From NCBI GenBank assembly GCA_025965755.1, contig JAOPWI010000366.1:1-32215 (forward strand): a DNA stretch of 32,215 bases. Reading direction: 5' to 3'. Made by a program: the position numbers and the translations under genes. The notes beneath the pieces are model-generated. The model had not been told where the DNA came from and did not search any database. It was given only the letters and a program-made list of their open reading frames with translations. Shown one piece after another: positions 18,596 through 26,844 of this stretch; position 1 is the stretch's first letter; each line of letters begins with the position of its first letter. The stretch comes from Frankiales bacterium (GTDB lineage: Bacteria > Actinomycetota > Actinomycetes > Mycobacteriales > SCTD01).

Positions 18596-19377
18596 CGGCC
18601 CGCCCCGTGTGCTGCGGTGAAGCGGTCCACCGACGCCGCGCCGTCGGCGCCGCAGAGGTGCTCGACCGTCGCCTCGAGCTCGAGCGCCAGCCCGTCGGCG
18701 AGGGAACCCCGCAGACCCTCCCGGACGAGCCGCTTGAGACGGCGGACGGCGGACCGGTCCTTGCGGGCCAGCCCGGCGACGACGTCCAGCACCGCGGCCT
18801 CGAACTGCTCCGGAGCGACGGAGCGGTAGACCAGTCCCCAGTCGGCCGCCTGCGCGCCGGAGAGCCGGTCCCCGGTGAGCAGGTGGGCGAGCCCTCGCTG
18901 CCGGCCGACGATGCGGGGCAGGCGCTGCGAGCCGCCCCCTCCGGGGACCAGCCCGTGGTTGACGTGGTTGTCGCACAGCACCGCGTCGTCGCGGACGAGC
19001 GCGACGTCGACGGACTGCAGCAGCTCGAACCCGCCGGCCATGGCGTAGCCCTCCACGGCCGCCACCACCGGCACGGGCAGCTCGGCGATCAGCTCGCAGG
19101 CGCCGACGAACGCGGTGAACAGCGGTCGCAGCGCCTCGGGTCCCGCCTCGCGCAGGCGCGACACCTCCTGGACGTCGCCGCCGGTGCAGAAGTGGCCGCC
19201 GGCACCGCGCACCAGCACGACGTCGGCCCACCCGGCCGCGGACTCGAGCGCGTCGTGGAGCCCCTGGGCCAGAGCGAGGGTGATGGCGTTGCGGGCGTGC
19301 GGCCGGTTGAGCAGCACCTCGGCGACCTTGCCCTCGGGCAGGTCCAGGGTGCGTACGAGCACGGGGCTGTCGGTCAC
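18592..19377 (-). CDS. enoyl-CoA hydratase/isomerase (crotonase) family protein
   Basis: GTG start at 19377 (VTDSPVLVRTLDLPEGKVAEVLLNRPHARNAI). VVLVRGAGGHFCTGGDV, VVAAVEGYAMAGGFELL, GAQAADWGLVYRSV. 4-bp overlaps with both neighbouring genes. Confidence 0.8.
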   Translation of the reverse strand: MTDSPVLVRTLDLPEGKVAEVLLNRPHARNAITLALAQGLHDALESAAGWADVVLVRGAGGHFCTGGDVQEVSRLREAGPEALRPLFTAFVGACELIAELPVPVVAAVEGYAMAGGFELLQSVDVALVRDDAVLCDNHVNHGLVPGGGGSQRLPRIVGRQRGLAHLLTGDRLSGAQAADWGLVYRSVAPEQFEAAVLDVVAGLARKDRSAVRRLKRLVREGLRGSLADGLALELEATVEHLCGADGAASVDRFTAAHGAGR

Positions 19378-19586
19378 GGCGCCTGTTCCCCCCAACGGTG
19401 CGACGGATCGAGCAGCGTGCGCAGCTGGCTGTCGGGCAGCCAGACCAGCGACTCGAGCTCGAGCGCGTCGAGAAACCGCACCCGGCCGGACTTCAGGTCC
19501 TGAAGGCGCAGCCGCGGGCTGTGGGCCCCGTGGTCCACGCGCACGGCGACGCCCGCGAACTCGTTGGTCACGATGTCGTCGGTCAC
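19374..19586 (-). CDS. hypothetical small protein (70 aa), operon-embedded
   Basis: High GC3 throughout. The stop overlaps the downstream crotonase GTG, and the ORF begins 14 nt after the oxygenase beta-subunit stop. Product: MTDDIVTNEFAGVAVRVDHGAHSPRLRLQDLKSGRVRFLDALELESLVWLPDSQLRTLLDPSHRWGEQAP. I could not assign a family. Confidence 0.55.
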   Translation of the reverse strand: MTDDIVTNEFAGVAVRVDHGAHSPRLRLQDLKSGRVRFLDALELESLVWLPDSQLRTLLDPSHRWGEQAP

Positions 19587-19600
19587 GGGGCTCCTGGCCG

Positions 19601-20086
19601 TCAGATGAGGAAAGCGAGGGTCGGCAGCACCCTTGCGTTGTCGACGAGGGCCACCTTCTTGTAGGCCATGCGCAGCTCACCGTCGACCAGCCGCAGCCGG
19701 TAGGTGTACCGGCCGGCCCAGACCTCCTTGCCGCGCTCCCGCGACTCCACGAGCACGAAGTTGGCCTGGACCGTCGTCTCGGCCCCGTCGACCGCGAGGA
19801 CCTCCACGTTGGACACGGTGCGTCGCAACCGGGAGGACGGCACCTGCGCGTAGCGACGTCCGGTCTGCAGCTGAGCGATCCGCGTCGAGATGCGACGCCG
19901 GTTGTCGTAGATGACCGACATCTGCGTCATGGGGTCGATGTCGTCAGCTCCGGCCGGGACCCAGTAGAGCCCGTCATCGGTCCACAGCGCCTCCCACGCC
20001 TCGAACTGGTGCTCGTCGGCCAGCCGCGCCTCGCGGTAGAGGAACTGCTCGAGCCTGCGGACGTCGACCGCCTCCGCCGTCGTCAT
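19601..20086 (-). CDS. aromatic-ring-hydroxylating oxygenase, beta (small) subunit
   Basis: 161-aa ORF: VRRLEQFLYREARLADEHQFEAWEALWTDDGLYWVP...VIYDNRRRISTRIAQLQTG...VSNVEV...RYTYRLR. This is the typical NTF2-like ring-hydroxylating beta subunit. 4-bp overlap with the alpha subunit. Confidence 0.85.
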   Translation of the reverse strand: MTTAEAVDVRRLEQFLYREARLADEHQFEAWEALWTDDGLYWVPAGADDIDPMTQMSVIYDNRRRISTRIAQLQTGRRYAQVPSSRLRRTVSNVEVLAVDGAETTVQANFVLVESRERGKEVWAGRYTYRLRLVDGELRMAYKKVALVDNARVLPTLAFLI

Positions 20087-21369
20087 CGCGAACCGCCCTC
20101 GGTCATGAGCTGCCGGTAGTGCGCCCAGAACCCCCGCATCCCCGTCTCGTCCGTCGCGTCGCCGATGGTCAGCCCGCGCTCGTCCCGTCGCTCACGGTGC
20201 AGCCCCCGCCGCAGGTCCAGCCACTCCGGCCGCAGCTCCCCGAGGCCGACCTGGTTGCGCTCGTACATCTCGGTGTCGTCCGCAAGCAGCAGGCCGGCGG
20301 GACCGACCGAGCCGATGCTCTGCTGCAGCATGCGCGTGTTCATCTCCGGCGCACCCTTGAGCTGGATCGCCGTCACGTGCTGCACCGACAGGTCCGCCGC
20401 CAGTGGCTGGAGCGTGAACAGCTGGATCTCCGCGATGAACAGGTTGGGAAAGACCATCACGTGCGGCGCGCCCTCGATGAGGATGTCCTCGGCCGCGTCG
20501 CCGTGCACGCGGCGCATGGCGGCGACGTAGTCCGGCACCTTGCTCTCCGTCGTCCCGAACCACCCCAGGGGCTGGCCGAGCCGGCGGAACTCAGGGCGGA
20601 GGTCGTTCTCGCTGTGGCCGTTGCCGAGGGCGCGGGTGACCGCGGTCGACGTCTCGCCGTACAGCGTGCCGATGCCGCTCTCCGCCACGGTGAAGATCGA
20701 GGAGTGCACGAACTGCGGGTGGTAGCCGTCCGTCTCGTTCTCTGCCAGCAGCTTCCAGTTGGCCCGCGTGCGGTGCTTGAGGAACCCCGCCGTGATCTCG
20801 ACCTCGCCCTCCGGCGACAGGCGCACCAGGCGGTCGATCTCGTCGGCCGCGGGTCCCAGGTGCTCGGCGAGCGTCGGACCGTCCGCAGCCATGCTGCCGA
20901 AGACGAAGCCCTGGTGGACGGCGACGCGGGCGACGTGGCTCAGCCCCTCCGTCAGCTGCCCCCGGCCGCCGTAGCCCTGGGAGAACGGGTAGCCGAGCAG
21001 GTCGCCATCGTTGCGGAACGTCCAGCCGTGGTACGGGCACCGGAAGGAGCTGGAGTTGCCGGCGTCCGCCTCGCAGACCAGGTTGCCGCGGTGCGCGCAC
21101 CTGTTCAGCAGCAGGTGGACCTGGCCGTCCTTGGCGCGCGTCATGATGACGTCCTGCGGGCCGATGTTCTTGCGCACGTAGTCGTTGGGGCGCGCGACCT
21201 CGCTGACGTGACCGACGTAGACCCAGGTGCGGTACCAGATGCGCTCGAGCTCGTCCGCGAAGATGTCCGGCCGGGTGTACAGGGAGCCGTGGACGCGAGC
21301 CGGCTGGACCAGGTCCTCGTACCGCGGGCGGGCCCTGCCGGCCTGCGGCGGGATGTCCAGCTGCGTCAT
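20083..21369 (-). CDS. Rieske [2Fe-2S] aromatic-ring-hydroxylating oxygenase, alpha (large) subunit
   Basis: 428-aa ORF. Rieske motif CAHRGNLVC...CPYHGWTF (CxH-x17-CxxH). Mononuclear iron motif NETDGYHPQFVHSS (D-x2-H-x4-H). Confidence 0.9.
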   Translation of the reverse strand: MTQLDIPPQAGRARPRYEDLVQPARVHGSLYTRPDIFADELERIWYRTWVYVGHVSEVARPNDYVRKNIGPQDVIMTRAKDGQVHLLLNRCAHRGNLVCEADAGNSSSFRCPYHGWTFRNDGDLLGYPFSQGYGGRGQLTEGLSHVARVAVHQGFVFGSMAADGPTLAEHLGPAADEIDRLVRLSPEGEVEITAGFLKHRTRANWKLLAENETDGYHPQFVHSSIFTVAESGIGTLYGETSTAVTRALGNGHSENDLRPEFRRLGQPLGWFGTTESKVPDYVAAMRRVHGDAAEDILIEGAPHVMVFPNLFIAEIQLFTLQPLAADLSVQHVTAIQLKGAPEMNTRMLQQSIGSVGPAGLLLADDTEMYERNQVGLGELRPEWLDLRRGLHRERRDERGLTIGDATDETGMRGFWAHYRQLMTEGGSR

Positions 21370-21454
21370 GTCGACTCCACCGTTTTCGAATCTGCGTTAG
21401 AGAAGACCGTCACACGCGGAGCTGCGGCTGTCAACGACCACCTAGCATCGGGCG

Positions 21455-22066
21455 ATGCCGTCGGAGAGCACCGCTGCCCGCGCGGCCTCGAAGTCCGCGC
21501 GTACGCGACAGCGGCTGCTGGACGCGGCCGCCGAGGTGCTCGGCGAGAAGGGCTTCGCCGGGTCGCGGCTGGTGGACATCGCCGACCGCGCTCAGGTCCA
21601 GGCTCCGGCGATCTACTACTACTTCCCCTCGCGTGAGGACCTCATCGAGGAGGTCATGCACACGGGGGCCGCCGCCATGCGGGCCCACCTCCAGCGGACC
21701 CTGGAGGGACTGAGCCCCGCTTCGCCGATGGACCGCATCACGGCGGCCGTCGAGGCGCACCTGCGGGTGGAGCTGGAGCTCTCGCACTACGCCAGGGCCA
21801 TCATCCGCAACGCCAACCAGCTGCCGGAGCCCGTGAGCCGTCGCGCGCTGGCAGAGGTGGCCCGCTACAACGACGTCTGGCGGGGCCTGCTGGCCGATCT
21901 GCAGGCCGCGGGCGCGTTGCGGCCGGGCTTGGATCCCGCGGTCGCCCGGATGTTCGTGCTGGGCGCGCTCAACTGGGCCGCCGAGTGGTGGGACCCCGAG
22001 CGCGGTGCCCTGGACGCGCTGGTGGCTGACGTGCAGTCCATGGTCCGGCACGCGCTGAGCGCCTGA
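21455..22066 (+). CDS. TetR/AcrR family transcriptional regulator
   Basis: 203-aa ORF. HTH: RQRLLDAAAEVLGEKGFAGSRLVDIADRAQVQAPAIYYYFPSREDLI. Divergent from the Rieske oxygenase operon. Confidence 0.85.
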   Translation: MPSESTAARAASKSARTRQRLLDAAAEVLGEKGFAGSRLVDIADRAQVQAPAIYYYFPSREDLIEEVMHTGAAAMRAHLQRTLEGLSPASPMDRITAAVEAHLRVELELSHYARAIIRNANQLPEPVSRRALAEVARYNDVWRGLLADLQAAGALRPGLDPAVARMFVLGALNWAAEWWDPERGALDALVADVQSMVRHALSA

Positions 22067-22075
22067 CGCCGCGTC

Positions 22076-23227
<1,152 letters not shown>

Positions 23228-23286
23228 GTGGGTGCCTTCCGTCTGGCCGGACCCGTCGCGGTTGACGTGGTCGGGCGACTCGTTTC

Positions 23287-23299
23287 TAATCTCAGATAA
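23287..23299. promoter_or_regulatory. candidate TetR-type operator (imperfect palindrome TAATCT-C-AGATAA) in the thiolase/ACAD divergent region
   Basis: An AT-rich island (GTTTCTAATCTCAGATAAGCA) within very GC-rich DNA. ATCT-N-AGAT forms the core, with 5/6 matching arms. It is the only AT-rich patch in the 132-bp divergent intergenic region. Confidence 0.3.
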
Positions 23300-23359
23300 G
23301 CACCGGCTGCAGGGGGCGTCAACGCCTGGCGCCCTCCGGTCGACCTCACCTGGAGACCG

Positions 23360-25606
23360 ATGACCGAGCTGGATGAGTTGCGTCATGCCGTACGCGCCCT
23401 GGTCGAACGCCGGGCGGACCGCACGGCGCTGCGCCGCACACTCGACAGCGACGCGCCGTTCGACCCGGCTCTGTGGGAGGTCATGTCCGCCCAGCTCGGG
23501 CTGCCGGGTCTCGCGGTCTCCGACCGGTACGGCGGCGCAGGGCAGACGCTGGCCGCCGTCGCCGTCGTCCTGGAGGAGTTCGGACGGGCCAACGTGCCGA
23601 CGCCGTACCTGTCCACCGTGCTGGCCGCGCAGGCGCTGGCCCTCACCGGCGACGACGGCCTGGGTGAGCGCGTGCTGCCCCGGCTGGCCGCAGGTGCGCG
23701 CGCCGCGTTCGTCCTGTCCGAGCCGGACAGCCTGGACGTGCGTCAGGTCGGCGGTGCCTGGCGGCTCACCGGCACGGTCGGCCACGTCGTCGATGCGCCG
23801 TCGGCGGAGCTGCTCGTCCTGCCGGCGGCGGGCCGGGTTTTCGTTCTCGAGATGGCGGCGCCCGGCGTCGTCGTGCGGCCGCTGTCCACGATCGACCTCA
23901 CGCGCCCGCAGGCGACGGTCGACCTGACGGACGCGGCGGCCGACGCGGCCGACGTGCCGGATCTCGCCTCGTGGTCGGCGGATGTGCGGGCGTGGGCGGT
24001 CGCCGCGCTGGCCGCAGAGCAGGTGGGTGGCGCGCAGTGGTGCGTCGACACCGCGGTCGCCCATGCCACGGCGCGGCACCAGTTCGGCCGTCCCGTCGGG
24101 TCCTTTCAGGCCGTGAAGCACCTGTGTGCCGACATGCTGGTCGAGCTGGAGCTGGCTCGTGCCGTCACCGCCGCGGCAGTCGCCGCAGTCGACGCTTCCT
24201 CACCGGACCGGCACGCCGCCGGCGAGGCGGCCCACGTCGTCGTCTCGGAGGCTGCCGCGTCCGTCGGTCGCAGCTGCGTGCAGGTGCTCGGTGGCATCGG
24301 CTTCACGTGGGACCACGACGCGCACCTGTTCTGGCGGCGGGCACTCGCGTCGCGAGGACGGTTCGGTGGCATGGCCGCGGCACGGGACAGGCTGTACGCC
24401 GCGTCCCGATCGACCGCAGGCGCGGCCACGCCGGACCAGGCGGCCCCGACGTCCGAGCTGGCGACCCGCGCCACGGCCTTCTTCCGCGCGCACGGCACCC
24501 CACGTGACCTGCTGACGCGCCGGGCGATGGACCTGGAGACCTACGTGCAGAACGCACGCGCGCACCAGCGGGCGCTGCAGGACAGCGGTCTGGCGGGCAT
24601 CACCTGGCCGCAGGAGCACGGCGGCCAGGGGCTCGGGCCGCAGGACGAGTCGGTGGTGCAGCGGGTCTCACGTGCGTACGAGACCTACACCGATGTCTTC
24701 ACGATCGGGCTGGGGATGTGCGGGCCGGTGCTGCTCGCGCTCGGCTCGGCCGAGCAGAAGGAGCGGCACCTGCGGCGCATGCTGCGCGGCGAGGATCTGT
24801 GGTGCCAGCTGTTCTCGGAGCCGGAAGCCGGCTCCGATCTCGCGTCGCTGCGTACCCGGGCCGTCCGCGACGGCGAGGGCTGGCGCATCACCGGGCAGAA
24901 GGTCTGGACCAGCTTCGCCGACCGGTGCGACTACGGGCTGCTGTTGGCGCGCACCGACCCGACGCAGGCGAAGCACCGCGGCATCACGATGTTCGTCCTG
25001 GACCTTCGCGCCCCCGGGGTCGAGGTCCGGCCGCTGCGCCAGATCACCGGCGACGCGGAATTCTGCGAGGTCTTCCTCGACGACGTGGTGGTGCCCGACA
25101 CGGCTGTCGTGGGCGAGGTGAACGGCGGCTGGCGTGCCGCCCAGGTGATGCTCATGAACGAGCGCGCCGCCCTCGGCCAGGACGCCGCACCCATCCTCGA
25201 GGTGGTGACGCTGCGGACGGTGCAGGACCTCATCGACGCGGGCGGGCTCGACAGCGACCCGGTGGTGCGGCAGCGGATGGGCCAGCTCTACGCCGGCGAC
25301 CGCGCCCTGGCCGCGTTCGGTCGGCGGATCGCCGCCTCGCTGAGAGCCGGTGAGGACCCCGGCCCGTTCGCGTCGATCGGCAAGCTGGCCGCGGCCGCCT
25401 TGTCCGAGGAGCTGGCCGCCGTCGGGCTCGACCTGTCCGCCGAGGACGGCCTCGCCTGGGACACCGACGACCCCGCAGGCGACGTGTTCGCCTACGGGCG
25501 GCTGCTCGCCCCGTCCAGCTCGATCGCCGGCGGCACGACCCAGATCCAGCGAACGATCGTCGGCGAGCGGGTGCTGGGACTGCCGCGGGAGCCCGCGGTC
25601 ACGTAG
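23360..25606 (+). CDS. fused double acyl-CoA dehydrogenase (FadE34/CasC-like, two ACAD modules in one polypeptide)
   Basis: 748-aa ORF. The N-terminal half (about residues 1-345) has ACAD-like architecture (LWEVMSAQLGLPGLAVSDRYGGAG...; QFGRPVGSFQAVKHLCADM). The C-terminal half is a second complete ACAD (ITWPQEHGGQG, CQLFSEPEAGSDLASLRTRAVRDGEGWRITGQKVWTS, GITMFVLD, IAGGTTQIQRTIVGERVLGLP). Confidence 0.85.
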   Translation: MTELDELRHAVRALVERRADRTALRRTLDSDAPFDPALWEVMSAQLGLPGLAVSDRYGGAGQTLAAVAVVLEEFGRANVPTPYLSTVLAAQALALTGDDGLGERVLPRLAAGARAAFVLSEPDSLDVRQVGGAWRLTGTVGHVVDAPSAELLVLPAAGRVFVLEMAAPGVVVRPLSTIDLTRPQATVDLTDAAADAADVPDLASWSADVRAWAVAALAAEQVGGAQWCVDTAVAHATARHQFGRPVGSFQAVKHLCADMLVELELARAVTAAAVAAVDASSPDRHAAGEAAHVVVSEAAASVGRSCVQVLGGIGFTWDHDAHLFWRRALASRGRFGGMAAARDRLYAASRSTAGAATPDQAAPTSELATRATAFFRAHGTPRDLLTRRAMDLETYVQNARAHQRALQDSGLAGITWPQEHGGQGLGPQDESVVQRVSRAYETYTDVFTIGLGMCGPVLLALGSAEQKERHLRRMLRGEDLWCQLFSEPEAGSDLASLRTRAVRDGEGWRITGQKVWTSFADRCDYGLLLARTDPTQAKHRGITMFVLDLRAPGVEVRPLRQITGDAEFCEVFLDDVVVPDTAVVGEVNGGWRAAQVMLMNERAALGQDAAPILEVVTLRTVQDLIDAGGLDSDPVVRQRMGQLYAGDRALAAFGRRIAASLRAGEDPGPFASIGKLAAAALSEELAAVGLDLSAEDGLAWDTDDPAGDVFAYGRLLAPSSSIAGGTTQIQRTIVGERVLGLPREPAVT

Positions 25607-25972
25607 CCGGTCCGGGCGGGGCGTGCGCCCTCCGGCCGGTCGAGGAGCCGGTACTGGACCTGGGGCGTACACCGCGGTTGGCTCAGCAGGTCGACGTGGT
25701 GGAGGCCGCCGAGGCGGTGCACGTGGTCGGCGGGAGTGGCCAGCCGCCCGTCCTCGCCGGAGCCGCCCTGCGCGGGGGGCTGCCTCCATCGCGACGCCGC
25801 GCGCACCTGGGCGCGCCCTCATGCCCGGGGCGACGGAGAGTGCGAGCTGTCGCGCCAGGTCGCCCGGCGCGCAGCGCTGCCTCGGTCCAGGGAACCGCTC
25901 CCTGAGCACCAGGGGACAGGCGAGGGAGACGGTGCCGTCCGGAGCACTGCGCCCCGCGACTCTGGGCGCAGC

Positions 25973-26810
25973 TCACGGTGCGGTAGGGCCACCTAGCGCG
26001 CGTTGGCGTCGGCGCCCGTCTGCGGTCAGCACCGCAGGAAATGATCTTGTGGACCACCACGACACCGTCGGGCTGGTGTAGGTGTGCTCAGTCCAGGACA
26101 CGATCGTCAACCGACCCTGCAGCAGTCCCGATCGAGGCAGAGCGCCGGCGCCGGCCAGGCGCTCGGCGTAGCGAAGGGCGGTGGAGTCCGCCCTGAGCGC
26201 CCGTATCCGAGTGATGAGCAAGACCCGGCAGTTGCCCACGGTCGTCGATCTGGCCAGCCTGCGCCCTGGTCCACAGCGCCATGTCCAGCGCGCTCAAGAG
26301 CAGCGAGGCCAGCCTGCTGCTCGCTGTCCGCCAGCCCACGATCCGGCGGCTGCACACGTCGGACACGAACGCGGTGAACGCATCCCCGACCACGTCGGGA
26401 CGTAGGTGAAGTCCACGACCCACAGCCTGTTCGGGGCGGGCGCGGTGACGTCCCGTCCGACCAGGTCCGGCGGCCGAGTCGCCCTGTCATCGGCCCTGGT
26501 CGTGACGAACGGCTTGCCACGACGCACCCCGCGCAGCCCGTCGGCCGCATCAGACGCTCGACCGTGCGGTGTGACACCGCCCGCCCGTCGACACCGCCCT
26601 CGCGGGCGAGCTGCGCCACCACCCTGCGCACGCCGTAGAGCCCGCCACCCCGTTCGGGGTCGCCATGCACGACGCGGATCCGGGCGAGCACCGCCTCGTC
26701 CCGACGCGCTCACGCCGACGTCGGCTGGGCCGGGATCCTCCGCCCGTCGCTGGCCGCCAGCTTGGTCCGACCGCTTTGGCGATGTGCGCACGTTGCTGGC
26801 TTCACCCCCA
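25973..26810 (-). pseudogene. IS3-family transposase (orfB/integrase) pseudogene with multiple frameshifts; orfA largely missing
   Basis: Pieces are spread over three minus-strand frames. HTH_21-like piece: RIRVVHGDPERGGGLYGVRRVVAQLAREGGV..VSHRTVERLMR. rve-core pieces: DLVGRDVTAPAPNRLWVVDFTYVPTW, FVSDVCSRRIVGWR and LDMALWTR. Downstream pieces: HHSD, ALRYAERLAGAG and SIGTAGSVDDRVL. C-terminal RRRQRALGGPTAP resembles the RRRHSALG ending. No frame is intact. Confidence 0.75.
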
Positions 26811-26844
26811 AGGGACGCGGAGGCATGAACAGCCCGCGTCGAGG

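Noticed and set aside
17792-19680. Long 5' extensions of the two crotonase ORFs in the track (479 aa and 362 aa)
   Set aside because: The extensions are Arg/Gly/Ala-rich and overlap upstream genes in other frames. Internal starts at 18595 (ATG) and 19377 (GTG) give canonical crotonases of about 261-267 aa with 4-bp gene overlaps.
26811-26844. Intact IS3 orfA upstream of the orfB pseudogene
   Set aside because: Only a short stretch resembling the orfA C-terminus (..RAHIAKA.., compare RANEILKAA) is readable before a stop and the neighbouring gene. The orfA body is absent here.
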